From: Candidatus Omnitrophota bacterium
Lineage (GTDB): Bacteria; Omnitrophota; Gorgyraeia; Zapsychrales; Fredricksoniimonadaceae
Direction of reading: 5' to 3'
DNA: 61,791 bases
Assembly: GCA_015232565.1 (NCBI GenBank)
Contig: JADFZK010000013.1
Coordinates: forward strand, 1 to 61,791
Shown here piece after piece: positions 39,339 to 49,090 of the stretch. The position numbers and the translations under genes were made by a program. The notes beneath the pieces were generated by a model. The model had not been told where the DNA came from. It searched no databases and saw only the letters and a program-made list of their open reading frames with translations. Numbering within the stretch: position 1 is the stretch's first letter; each line of letters starts with the position of its first letter.

Positions 39339-40121
39339 ATGCGCAGGTGTAATGTTTTATCTTTGATCCTGGTTTTGCTTTTGGCCCCGGGTTTGCTCCG
39401 GTCCGGATATGCCGAGGTCCGTCCGCTGGCTGATCCGGCGGCGATCACTCCTTTTAAAAAGTACAATCCCGATATCGACAAATACGCCTTTGCTAAAAGC
39501 TTTATTCTCAGCGTTAGTTACTACAAACGGGTTTTCGACCGGTTAAAGACCGAAGAAACCGCCAAGGCCGCTACCTGGTCCGATCAGCGGCTGATTTTGC
39601 AATATATTGAAGACCGCACGCTGGATAATACCGAATTGCGTATCGCCCGGAATTATCTTACCAAATTCGTCAAGTCGCAAAACGGGTTGGTCCAGAAGGT
39701 GTCGCGCCAGGCTATAGCCGCGTATGAAAAGTCGCTGGCGTTGAGCATTAAGGAGCGCGAGCTTTGGCAGGTGCTGTATCGTTTTAAAGGCACCGGCCAG
39801 CCGGCGGATTTTGATGAACCGCAGTTCATTGGCCAGCATTTGAGTGTGGTGGCCGAGAGAAAAGAAGCCGACAAACAATTGTTGTCCGCCAGCATGCTGG
39901 TGCGGGTTATCCTTTTGAGCGCGGTGCGTTGTGACAGCGAGGAATGTAAGGATCTGGCTCTCACTAAAGACGAGCGCCGCAAACTGACGGGCTATCTGGA
40001 TGATTTTGCCCGTGACAATATGGCCTGGGGTATTAAAGCTGGCCAATCGCCGGTGGAAGGCTGTGTGGCCGCTCTCCGCGAAGTGCTGGAAGACCAGCTT
40101 TACGTTAGTTCGGACCAGTGA
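39339..40121 (+). CDS. Exported hypothetical helical protein
   Basis: Signal peptide; GTGA overlap with the next gene. Confidence 0.65.
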   Translation: MRRCNVLSLILVLLLAPGLLRSGYAEVRPLADPAAITPFKKYNPDIDKYAFAKSFILSVSYYKRVFDRLKTEETAKAATWSDQRLILQYIEDRTLDNTELRIARNYLTKFVKSQNGLVQKVSRQAIAAYEKSLALSIKERELWQVLYRFKGTGQPADFDEPQFIGQHLSVVAERKEADKQLLSASMLVRVILLSAVRCDSEECKDLALTKDERRKLTGYLDDFARDNMAWGIKAGQSPVEGCVAALREVLEDQLYVSSDQ

Positions 40122-43100
40122 GCGGCCGGGGATCTTTCCATTCTCCGGAAGTCTTCGTTTGCGAAGCTTCGGCGGGTTCCGGCAAGACCTACGCGCTGGC
40201 CGAACGTTATGTCCGCCTGATCCTGTATTTATCCAGTAAATCTTCCCGTCCGCCTTTACATTCGATCCTTGCCATAACTTTTACCAATAAAGCCGCTTTC
40301 GAGATGAAAGCCCGGATCATCCGGTTCCTTAAGGAACTGGCGCTGGGTGTAATGAACAGCTCCGAAGAGGCCCGGATGATCGACGGTCTGGGCCTCGATC
40401 GTCAGCAGGTGCGCGTTCTGGCCATGCGGATCATGGCCGGCATCCTGCGGGGATATAATTATTTCCAGGTCCAGACCATTGATCGTTTTATTAATACTTT
40501 GCTGGTCAGTTCGGCTTTCCAGATCGGCCTGACTTCGGCGTTCCGGATCCGGGATGATGCCCGGGAATATTTGGAACTGGCGGTGGACGAACTTATTGAT
40601 GAGGCCAAAAGCAATGGCGCGGTCCGCAAAGCTTTCGACGATCTTTTAACCAGTATTCTGCTGGTGGAGGCCCGTTCGGCCTGGATGCCCAAAGAAGTGG
40701 TCTTCGAAACTGTGCATGGTTTGTTCAAGGAATTCAATACTTATGCCCGGCCCTTTGTGCGCGGCGCAGTTACTCCCGGGGATATTCTGCTGGCCAAAAT
40801 CCAGGTGGTAAATGAGGTGCGGGCTTTTGTGGATAATATGCCCTCAGGTATCCATAAGGGGGTCGATAAGGCCCTGAGGAAATTCGTGGCCAACGACCGC
40901 CGGGCTTTTTTGTTTAAAGACGGTTTGTCGGCGTATTTTGCCAGCGATGCGGAAGATATTCCGCGTTTTGATCTCGCCGGCGCGCATTTGGACCAGTGGC
41001 AGAAGATCCGTACCGGCTTCATTAATGCGGCCGACCTGGAAGTCCGGCATTTGTACGACCCTTATATTGAGGTCTTTGAACGGGTGCGGGAAAAGCTGGC
41101 GCGGGCCTGCCTGAAAGATGATGTGCTGTTTTTAGCGGAGCTTAATTCCAAGGCTCGGCTTATACATGAGCAGGGCATTGTTCCCGAGGAGTTGTATTAC
41201 CGCCTTTCGACCCGTTTTGAACATTACCTTTTCGACGAGTTCCAGGATACCAGCCTTTTGCAATGGGAGAATCTGCGCATTCTGCCGGAAGATGCCATTG
41301 CGCGGGGAGGCTCTTTGTTCTATGTGGGCGACAAGAAACAGGCTATTTTCTCCTTTCGCGGCGGCGATACCACTCTTTTCGATGATATCCGCCGGCAATA
41401 TTCAGCGGACGGTTACAACCTTTATACGCATGCCTTGTCCGAAAGCCGCCGTAGTCATAAAGCGATCGTGGATTTCAATAATGCGGTTTTCAGCCTCGAC
41501 AATCTGCAACGGGTAATGGCTTTGGCTCCGGCGCGTATTTTGGACCAGGCCGAACTGGAAAGAGTTTATGGGCAGGCCGCGCAGATACCTTTAAAGGTTT
41601 CGCCTCCGGGTTGTGTGCGGGTGGAGTTTCTGGAAGGAAAGAATCAGGAGGATGCCCGGGAAGATGCATTGCGGCGAACTGTGGCTTTGCTGGGGGAATT
41701 GCGCCAGCGTTTTCAGCTTAAGGATATCGGTATCCTGGTGCGTAAGAACAGCGATGTGGCCATGATGACTCGGGCTTTGCTGGAAGCCGGTATCCCGGCG
41801 GCGTCCGAGCGTACTTTGAATATCAAGGAACATCCCCATGTGATCGAGGTGGCGGCTTTCCTGGGTTTCCTGGACGCACCGGTAGATAATGAGTCTTTTG
41901 CCGTGGTGGTGCAGGGGGAGATCTTCCGGAATGTTTCCGGCTTGTCTTTGGCGGCCGTACAGGACCTGATAGTGGCCTGGCGGCAAAAGAAGAATGAACC
42001 TTATTTGTATAAAGAGTTCTCAAAGGCTTTTCCGGCGGTCTGGCAGGAACTGTTTGAAGAGTTTTTCCGCAGTGTCGGTTTGTTCCCGGTCTATGAACTG
42101 AGCGTAAGTATTTTCCGTCGTTGGCGGGTGCTGGAGGGGTTCCCGCCGAGCCGGGGATTCCTGATGCACTTTCTGGAACTGGTCCGGGCGAAAGAAAATG
42201 ACTATCCTTCCCTGGGCGGGTTCCTGCGTTATTACACTGCCGGTGAAGGGGAAGCTTTTTATGTGCCGGCCGCTGGTGCCGAGGCGGTCAGAGTGGCTAC
42301 GGTCCATAAAGCCAAAGGTTTGGAGTACAGTGTAGTTATCCTTCCGTTCTTTACCCTGGGGCTGGAACGCGGCGGGGCGGGGGGAGTCCTGGCGCCCAGG
42401 TATGTGCTAAGGAACGTCGAGGCCGGGCTGGCCTTGTATCATTTTAACGAAATGCATACCAAATTCTCCGTTCTGGCCGAGGAAGAGTCGGTGGGAGAGA
42501 AAATGCTGACCTTCTTTAGCGAGCTTAATAATGCCTATGTTGCCCTTACCCGGGCGGTTTGTGAAATGTATGTTTTTGTTCCGCCTAAAAGTGGTAACTC
42601 TCATAATATGGCGCTGGACCTGATACCCAAAACGGCTCTTAGCGTTGGGTTGCCGGCGGTGGAATATCCCCGGAACAGTGCCCGGGAAGACGACCTGGCG
42701 GTTGAGGTTAATCCTCCGGAATGCCGGGACTGGTTGAGCTTCCTGAAGGATGAATTCATCACGGCCGACCAGGCCTCTTTACCAGATCGTCAGCTGGGGA
42801 TCGCCTTGCATGAAGCCTTGGCCAAAGCCGGGAATATTGCGCCGGCCGGTTGGGAGGCGTTCCTGGACTCCGTTTTGCCGGTTCCGGGCCCTTTAACTGC
42901 GCGGATACGTGCGCTGTTGCTGGACTTTCTGCGGGCCCCGGCGGTAGCCGCACTTTTCTCTCCGGGGGATGACCAGGTCTTTACTGAATATGAAGTGGTA
43001 GATCGTTTTGGCCGCACCAAACGCCTGGATCGGCTTATAGTCGGTAAAGACCAGGTAGTGGTGGTGGACTTTAAGACCAGCCGGGCCGCGGAAGAGGCGG

Positions 43101-43228
43101 GTGCGCAGGCCCAGGTGCAGGAGTATATCCGGCTATTGCGCGAGATCTGGCCCGGGCGCCGGATCCGGGGCGTGCTGGCTTACATTATTGACAAGGAAGT
43201 GGTGGATGTCGAAGATCTTCACGGTTGA
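40118..43228 (+). CDS. addA: AddA/RecB-like SF1 helicase-nuclease
   Basis: ASAGSGKT, DEFQD, VGD.KQ.I..FRG, TVHKAKGLE, YVALTRA, C-terminal LDRL...VDFKT nuclease. Confidence 0.88.
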   Translation: MSGRGSFHSPEVFVCEASAGSGKTYALAERYVRLILYLSSKSSRPPLHSILAITFTNKAAFEMKARIIRFLKELALGVMNSSEEARMIDGLGLDRQQVRVLAMRIMAGILRGYNYFQVQTIDRFINTLLVSSAFQIGLTSAFRIRDDAREYLELAVDELIDEAKSNGAVRKAFDDLLTSILLVEARSAWMPKEVVFETVHGLFKEFNTYARPFVRGAVTPGDILLAKIQVVNEVRAFVDNMPSGIHKGVDKALRKFVANDRRAFLFKDGLSAYFASDAEDIPRFDLAGAHLDQWQKIRTGFINAADLEVRHLYDPYIEVFERVREKLARACLKDDVLFLAELNSKARLIHEQGIVPEELYYRLSTRFEHYLFDEFQDTSLLQWENLRILPEDAIARGGSLFYVGDKKQAIFSFRGGDTTLFDDIRRQYSADGYNLYTHALSESRRSHKAIVDFNNAVFSLDNLQRVMALAPARILDQAELERVYGQAAQIPLKVSPPGCVRVEFLEGKNQEDAREDALRRTVALLGELRQRFQLKDIGILVRKNSDVAMMTRALLEAGIPAASERTLNIKEHPHVIEVAAFLGFLDAPVDNESFAVVVQGEIFRNVSGLSLAAVQDLIVAWRQKKNEPYLYKEFSKAFPAVWQELFEEFFRSVGLFPVYELSVSIFRRWRVLEGFPPSRGFLMHFLELVRAKENDYPSLGGFLRYYTAGEGEAFYVPAAGAEAVRVATVHKAKGLEYSVVILPFFTLGLERGGAGGVLAPRYVLRNVEAGLALYHFNEMHTKFSVLAEEESVGEKMLTFFSELNNAYVALTRAVCEMYVFVPPKSGNSHNMALDLIPKTALSVGLPAVEYPRNSAREDDLAVEVNPPECRDWLSFLKDEFITADQASLPDRQLGIALHEALAKAGNIAPAGWEAFLDSVLPVPGPLTARIRALLLDFLRAPAVAALFSPGDDQVFTEYEVVDRFGRTKRLDRLIVGKDQVVVVDFKTSRAAEEAGAQAQVQEYIRLLREIWPGRRIRGVLAYIIDKEVVDVEDLHG

Positions 43229-45995
43229 CTTTACCAAAAATTATATTGCTGAGCTGACCGCGTATATTGAGCGTGAATATATCGCGTCGGGCCGTTCGCT
43301 GGCCCGGTTGGCGGTAGTTTTTGGCGGACAGCGTCCGGCGCATTTTGTGAAACGCGAACTGGGTCGGCGCCTCGGCCGGGCTTTTGTGCCGCCGCAGTTT
43401 TATACTATTGATGGTTTGATGAACAGGATAGCGGATACCAATGGTGTTTTACGTCCGTTATCGGCAGTTGAAGAGCGTTACGAACTGTTCGGCCTGGCCA
43501 GGGCAATTGCGCCCGAACTGCTGGTTAAGGGCACGTTCACGCATTTTTTGCCCTGGGCGGGGGAGATCCTGGATTTTATCGGCGAGCTGGACCTGGAAGA
43601 TGTCAGCTCCCGGGACCTGCAGAATATTGCCGCCAGCGCCCGGATCGGGTATCCGGTACCGGACAACATCAATCGTTTGCTGGAGCGCATACTGGAATTG
43701 CGGGAAGCTTTTCACCGGAGTTTATTGGCGCGCGGCTTAACCCGGCGCAGTTTACAGTATCTGCGCGCGAAAGAGAATGTTGCGCAAGCGTCTTTGGATG
43801 TGGACGAGATCATTTTTGCGAATTTCTTTTATTTTCATCGCACCGAGGAGGCGGTGGCTAAACATTTTTTTGCCAAAGGGCAAGCCACGTTGATCTTCCA
43901 GGGCGACCAGCGCAAATGGCCGGTGCTGGAACGTATCGCCCGGCGTTTCGGTTGTGAATTGCTGGAAGGCGCCAGTCCGGTACCCACGAAGTTCCAGCTG
44001 GCGGCCTATTCGGCTTTTGATGTGCATTCTGAAGCGGCCATGGCTCGCGACCTTTTGCTGGATATCAAGGACCAATCTTCCACGGTGGTGATCCTGCCGG
44101 ATAGCGGGTCACTGGTGCCGTTATTATCCGCTTTCCCCGGTGCGTTGGCCGGCTTTAATGTTTCAATGGGTTATCCGTTGAAGCGTGGCAGTCTGTATGT
44201 GTTACTGCAAAGTATTTTTAAGGCCCAGTCGTCTGCCCGGGAGGGGGCGTATTACTCCCGGGATTACCTGGCGGTTTTGCATCATCCTTTGGTCAAGAAT
44301 CTGGGACTTTTGGAACCGGGCTCAGCCTTGCGGGTACTCACGCATAAGGTCGAGGATCTGCTTAAAGGCCGTATTGCCGGCAGTGTGTCGGGCAAGCTTT
44401 TTGTCCGGCTCGACGAAGTGCTGGCCGATCCGGTGCTTTTTGCGGAAGCGGGTAAAGCGCTCAATGCGATGGGCCTGGCGTTTACGCCGGCAGACCTCGA
44501 ACGGGCGCTCAAGTCCCTGCATGGCATCTTTTTTGCCCAGTGGGCCGGGGTCCAGAGCTTAAGGTCTTTCGCCGGGGCGCTGGGTGTTTTCCTGGATACC
44601 ATGAGATCCTTAAGCAAAATGGAGTCTTATCCGCTTAATATGAACATTGCCGCCCGGATGGACGAGATCAAGGAAAGTTTTGCGCAGGCTTCTTTTGCGG
44701 ATGAGGCCCTGGGTATCGGGGAGACGATCAAGCTTTTTGAAGATATTGCCGGACGGGAAATGGTGAGCTTTTCCGGTACGCCGCTCAAGTCTTTGCAAAT
44801 TCTGGGCCTTTTCGAAACGCGCTCACTTAGTTTCCGGAATGTAATAATCATGGACACTAATGAGAGTGTTTTGCCACGGGTAGAAGCCCGTTCGGCGCTT
44901 ATTCCGCGCGAGGTCATGATCCAGCTGGGGATCGACCGGTTGGAACTGGAGGAAGAGATCCAGCGTTATCAGTTCATGCGGGTAATATCCTCGGCTGAAA
45001 ACGTGCACATTATCTACCAGCAGAACAAGGAAAAAGAGCCCAGCCGTTTTCTGGAGGAGCTTATTTGGGAACAGCAGGTAAGGGAAGGTGCTTTGCGGGC
45101 CTTTCCAACTAAACGCGCGGTTTTCCAGGCCGGGGTAAGCGCGGTAAAACGTGTGGCGCCCAAGACCCCCAAAATAATGGAATTTCTTAAAACTTTCACT
45201 TTCTCGGCCAGTAGCGTGAACGCTTATGTAAAGAATCCGTACGAGTTTTATTCACGTTATGTCCTGGGCCTGCGCGAGCAGGAGGACCTCCTGGATGAGC
45301 CGGATGCCGCGATCATTGGCAACTTTCTGCACAAATTCCTGGAGGAAGCCTACCGTCCGCTGGAAGGCTCCCGGCTGGTTTTGGCTGATGATTTCGAGTT
45401 GCGTTTCTGGTCATTGTTCGAGCGGCATTTCCAGGCGGAGTTTTCCCAGCGGATGCGGTCGGATGATTTTCTGGTCAAACGGGTAATGGAGCATAAATTA
45501 AAGGCTTTTCTGGCTTTTGAAAAAGACCGGCTGGCCGGCGACGTTCGCCTGCTGGCGGTGGAGCGCGATTATCCCGGTGAGCTGGAGCTGGCTTCTGGCC
45601 GGTTCCTTTTCAAGACCCGGGTAGACCGGGTGGAAGAGCTGGCTGGCGGACAGTTGTTGGTCCTTGATTATAAGACCGGCTCCTCGGATAAAATGCCTGC
45701 CCGTCCGCTGGTGTTGTCTTCGGCCCCGGACCGGGCCGAAATATTCAACAAGGTCCACTCCTTTCAGCTGCCCCTTTATATGCACTTTGTAGCGCAGGCC
45801 CTGCCGGGCCGGGCGGTTAATGCCGGGCTTTATTTACTGCGTAATGCCGAGATCCGGCCTTTCTTTACCGAGCGCTTTACTGATGCCGATAATATCCTTG
45901 CGCCGTATTGGCGTGCGCTCGACGTGATAATGTCCGAGATCATGTCTGGGGATATTCCATTCGAGGACAATGACTTGTCCGACTTTGATGTTTAA
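43206..45995 (+). CDS. addB: AddB-like inactive helicase with PD-(D/E)xK nuclease
   Basis: QILGLFETR.L.F, FSAS, G...H..LE, RVDRVE...LDYKTG, FQL.LY; follows addA. Confidence 0.85.
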   Translation: MSKIFTVDFTKNYIAELTAYIEREYIASGRSLARLAVVFGGQRPAHFVKRELGRRLGRAFVPPQFYTIDGLMNRIADTNGVLRPLSAVEERYELFGLARAIAPELLVKGTFTHFLPWAGEILDFIGELDLEDVSSRDLQNIAASARIGYPVPDNINRLLERILELREAFHRSLLARGLTRRSLQYLRAKENVAQASLDVDEIIFANFFYFHRTEEAVAKHFFAKGQATLIFQGDQRKWPVLERIARRFGCELLEGASPVPTKFQLAAYSAFDVHSEAAMARDLLLDIKDQSSTVVILPDSGSLVPLLSAFPGALAGFNVSMGYPLKRGSLYVLLQSIFKAQSSAREGAYYSRDYLAVLHHPLVKNLGLLEPGSALRVLTHKVEDLLKGRIAGSVSGKLFVRLDEVLADPVLFAEAGKALNAMGLAFTPADLERALKSLHGIFFAQWAGVQSLRSFAGALGVFLDTMRSLSKMESYPLNMNIAARMDEIKESFAQASFADEALGIGETIKLFEDIAGREMVSFSGTPLKSLQILGLFETRSLSFRNVIIMDTNESVLPRVEARSALIPREVMIQLGIDRLELEEEIQRYQFMRVISSAENVHIIYQQNKEKEPSRFLEELIWEQQVREGALRAFPTKRAVFQAGVSAVKRVAPKTPKIMEFLKTFTFSASSVNAYVKNPYEFYSRYVLGLREQEDLLDEPDAAIIGNFLHKFLEEAYRPLEGSRLVLADDFELRFWSLFERHFQAEFSQRMRSDDFLVKRVMEHKLKAFLAFEKDRLAGDVRLLAVERDYPGELELASGRFLFKTRVDRVEELAGGQLLVLDYKTGSSDKMPARPLVLSSAPDRAEIFNKVHSFQLPLYMHFVAQALPGRAVNAGLYLLRNAEIRPFFTERFTDADNILAPYWRALDVIMSEIMSGDIPFEDNDLSDFDV

Positions 45996-46091
45996 ATCTT
46001 AATTATTTTGTAATGCAAAATCCCGGCTTGTTCGTATAATACCAGAACGTACGGGGCTGGTTTTCTGCCCGGTTTAACTAAGGGCGCATAG

Positions 46092-46251
46092 TAGTGTAGT
46101 GAGTCCAACACTTCTTTATATTTGAGGAGCAATAGAAAATCGAAAATAGACCGCAATGGAGCCAAATGTTTTATTATTTCTCCATTTTCGATTGCTCCAT
46201 TGCTCCAGTGTGGTGATCCAAATGTAAAGAAAATTATGAATCACCACACTA
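46092..46251. mobile_element. 160-bp MITE-like palindromic element, copy 1
   Basis: TAGTGT...ACACTA ends with an imperfect TIR of about 35 bp; ungapped 142/160 identity to the reverse complement of 52332-52491; no transposase. Confidence 0.8.
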
Positions 46252-46261
46252 AGGGGACGGC

Positions 46262-46639
46262 ATGCCAAGGACTATTCTTATCGTGGATGATGAAGAAGCG
46301 GTGGTGGATATAACCCGGCGCAAGCTTGTCCAGGAAGGTTACCTGGCGATCGGGGTGTTCGACGGTGAAGAAGCCTTGCTGGCGCTGCAAGAGGGCCCGG
46401 TGGACCTGATCATCCTCGACGTAGAAATGCCGAAAATGAACGGTTATGTGTTCCTGAATGAACGCAAGAAGATCGCCGGAGCCGAGCAGATCCCGGTAAT
46501 TATGTTGACGGCTTTTGATTCCATGGAACCGATATTCCGGCGTAACGGAGTAGCGGAATATTTAACCAAACCTTTGCGTTTCCAGGAATTGCTAACCAAG
46601 ATCGCGGGTTTGTTGGAGCCTTTGGATGTTAAAAGATAA
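46262..46639 (+). CDS. Single-domain response regulator
   Basis: IVDDE, LDVEMP.MNG, MLT, KP. Confidence 0.88.
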   Translation: MPRTILIVDDEEAVVDITRRKLVQEGYLAIGVFDGEEALLALQEGPVDLIILDVEMPKMNGYVFLNERKKIAGAEQIPVIMLTAFDSMEPIFRRNGVAEYLTKPLRFQELLTKIAGLLEPLDVKR

Positions 46640-47309
46640 TTTGGCGGCGGTACGTTCGCGTATCGACGCGGTTTGCCGCGCTTGCGGCCGTGATCCGCAA
46701 TCAGTTACTCTGGTAGGGGTAAGCAAGTATTCAGTTGCCGCTACGGTTAATGAAGCCATCGCCGCCGGGCTCACTGATATTGCGGAAAACCGGGTGCAGT
46801 CCGCAAAAGAAAAATTCCCTTTAGTCAATTTGACGGGAGTAAAAAAGCATCTTATCGGTCACTTACAGTCTAATAAAGCCAAAGATGCGGTGGCTATTTT
46901 CGATCTTATCCAGTCGGTAGACAGCATTTCTTTATTGCTGGAGATCAACCGGCGGGCCGAGCTGGCCGGTAAGGTTCAGGACATACTTTTACAAGTTGAT
47001 CTGGCTGGTGAAGAGCAGAAATTCGGCTTGCCCGAGCTGGCGGTGCCGATTTTTTTGGAGGCAGTAACCCGGTTAACCAATGTGCGCTTGCTGGGGCTGA
47101 TGACCATGGCTCCGCTAACGGAAGACCAGGCTTTGATCAGTGCGGTTTTCAAGCGTTGCCATACTTTATTTAGAACGATCGGCCGGGAATGGCCGGCGTC
47201 CGAACGCATTAAAATGCAGCATCTGTCGATGGGGATGAGCGGGGATTTTGCCAGCGCTATCGCCGAAGGCGCCACCATGGTCCGTATAGGGAGCTTGATA
47301 TTCAAATGA
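46626..47309 (+). CDS. yggS: PLP homeostasis protein
   Basis: VSK, ENRVQ, IGHLQSNK, LSMGMS.D, VRIGS. Confidence 0.95.
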   Translation: MLKDNLAAVRSRIDAVCRACGRDPQSVTLVGVSKYSVAATVNEAIAAGLTDIAENRVQSAKEKFPLVNLTGVKKHLIGHLQSNKAKDAVAIFDLIQSVDSISLLLEINRRAELAGKVQDILLQVDLAGEEQKFGLPELAVPIFLEAVTRLTNVRLLGLMTMAPLTEDQALISAVFKRCHTLFRTIGREWPASERIKMQHLSMGMSGDFASAIAEGATMVRIGSLIFK

Positions 47310-48088
47310 AAATAGCCTTCATCGGTTGCGGTAATATGGGCGAGGCGATACTCGCGGGAACAGCCAGCCAGCATTCATGCGTGGTTTGTGAAGCGCGCGC
47401 TGAAAGGCGGTCGTATCTTAAGAAGAAATACCGTTGCACTTTTGTGGATACTGCGGCCAAGGCGGTAAGCGGCGCGGAGGTGGTTTTGCTGGCAGTTAAG
47501 CCGCAGGACCTGGCTCCGGCTTTGGCGGATATCAGGCCGGTGTGCGGCAAACAGCTCTTTATTTCTATTGCCGCCGGCATAACCGCGGCGTTCATAGAGA
47601 AGTCGTTGGGCGGTAAGGCCCGGGTGGTGCGGACCATGCCGAATCTTCCGGCTATGATCGGGGAGGGAGTTACTGCGGTTTCTTCCGGGAAATATGCCAC
47701 GCCTGGCGATCTTAAGGCCGCGCGGAAAATACTGGCGGCGGTGGGGGCGGTGATCGTGGTGCCCGAGAAAATGATCAACGCTGTTACCGCGGTTTCGGGC
47801 AGTGGTCCGGCCTATGTGTTTCTTTTTGTTGAGTGTTTGATGAACGCGGCGCGCAAACTGGGTTTTAATGACCAGGAATCCAAAACGTTGGTGTATCAGA
47901 CCCTTTCCGGCAGTGCCCGGATGCTGGCCGGGAGCGCGGACAGCGCGGAAGTTTTGCGTCAGAAGGTTACGTCAAAGGGCGGCACTACCCAGGCGGCGAT
48001 TGGAGTGTTACAGGAAAAAGACATTTCCGGTATGTTCCTGTCCGCTGTTAAGGCCGCTCATTCCCGGGCCAAACAGCTGGCTCAATAA
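47306..48088 (+). CDS. proC: Pyrroline-5-carboxylate reductase
   Basis: GCGNMG, AVKPQ, RTMPN, SGSGPAY, VTSKGGTT. Confidence 0.96.
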   Translation: MKIAFIGCGNMGEAILAGTASQHSCVVCEARAERRSYLKKKYRCTFVDTAAKAVSGAEVVLLAVKPQDLAPALADIRPVCGKQLFISIAAGITAAFIEKSLGGKARVVRTMPNLPAMIGEGVTAVSSGKYATPGDLKAARKILAAVGAVIVVPEKMINAVTAVSGSGPAYVFLFVECLMNAARKLGFNDQESKTLVYQTLSGSARMLAGSADSAEVLRQKVTSKGGTTQAAIGVLQEKDISGMFLSAVKAAHSRAKQLAQ

Positions 48089-48159
48089 TTTGTAAATAGA
48101 CCTAAGCACATATCTTTTCTTAATTTGGCGATATTTAATAAATTACAAAGGAGTTTGTT

Positions 48160-49020
48160 ATGGCAACAGTTGGTGTGATAGGTGGTAGCGGTCTTTACCA
48201 GATCGACGGTATAACGGAAGTCAAAGAGGTGGTGCTGGACACGCCTTTTGGCCGGCCTTCGGATGCGTTCATTACCGGTAAGCTGGAAGGTGTTCCGGTG
48301 GTTTTTCTCCCGCGCCACGGCCGGGGGCACCGTATTTCTCCGACCGAGATCAATTACCAGGCCAATATCTGGGGCATGAAGAAGCTCGGGGTCAGTGCCC
48401 TGGTTTCAGTTTCGGCGGTAGGCAGTCTTAAACTGCAGATCAAGCCGATGGATTTTGTGTTGCCCGACCAGTTCATTGACCGTACGGCTCCGCGCCGGCA
48501 CATGACTTTCTTTTCCGGCGGGATCGTGGCGCATGTCGGCTTGGCCGAGCCGGTTTCGGAGAAGATCGCCGAGGTAGTGTATGACGCTTGCGAGCAGGCA
48601 GGGGTTACCGTGCATAAGAACGGCACGTATCTTAATATGGAAGGCCCCCAGTTCTCCACCAAGGCGGAATCCAATCTTTACCGCAGTTGGGGGTGCGACA
48701 TCATAGGTATGACCAATTTGCCCGAGGCCAAGCTGGCCCGCGAGGCCGAGATGGATTATTGTACGCTGGCCGCGGTGACCGATTATGATTGCTGGCATCA
48801 TTCACATGGTTCGGTGACCGTGGAAATGATCATTGATTATTTGGGCAAGAACGTTGAGAACGCCAAGAAGATCCTTAAACTGGCTATTCCCCGTATCGGC
48901 GCCATTAAAAAGTTTTCCGCGGCTAATGCCCTGGCGAGCGCTATTATGACCGATCCCAAACTCATTCCCGATCAGAAGAAAAAGGACCTGGAGATCATAA
49001 TTGGTAAATATATCAAGTAA
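48160..49020 (+). CDS. mtnP: S-methyl-5'-thioadenosine phosphorylase
   Basis: IGGSG, PRHG..H, EGPQFST.AES, GMT..PEA, TDYDCW. Confidence 0.95.
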   Translation: MATVGVIGGSGLYQIDGITEVKEVVLDTPFGRPSDAFITGKLEGVPVVFLPRHGRGHRISPTEINYQANIWGMKKLGVSALVSVSAVGSLKLQIKPMDFVLPDQFIDRTAPRRHMTFFSGGIVAHVGLAEPVSEKIAEVVYDACEQAGVTVHKNGTYLNMEGPQFSTKAESNLYRSWGCDIIGMTNLPEAKLAREAEMDYCTLAAVTDYDCWHHSHGSVTVEMIIDYLGKNVENAKKILKLAIPRIGAIKKFSAANALASAIMTDPKLIPDQKKKDLEIIIGKYIK

Positions 49021-49090
49021 CCGCATGTAACCTGTAAGAATGCGGGAGGTCCATTGACAAACGTTAATTTTGTTATAAAGTATTCCCCCT

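Noticed and set aside
46122-46313. 63-aa ORF nearly identical to the N-terminus of minus-strand ORF 51814-52461, suggesting a duplicated small protein
   Set aside because: The similarity is fully explained by the 160-bp DNA repeat. Neither ORF has a good SD, and the second is antisense to dksA.
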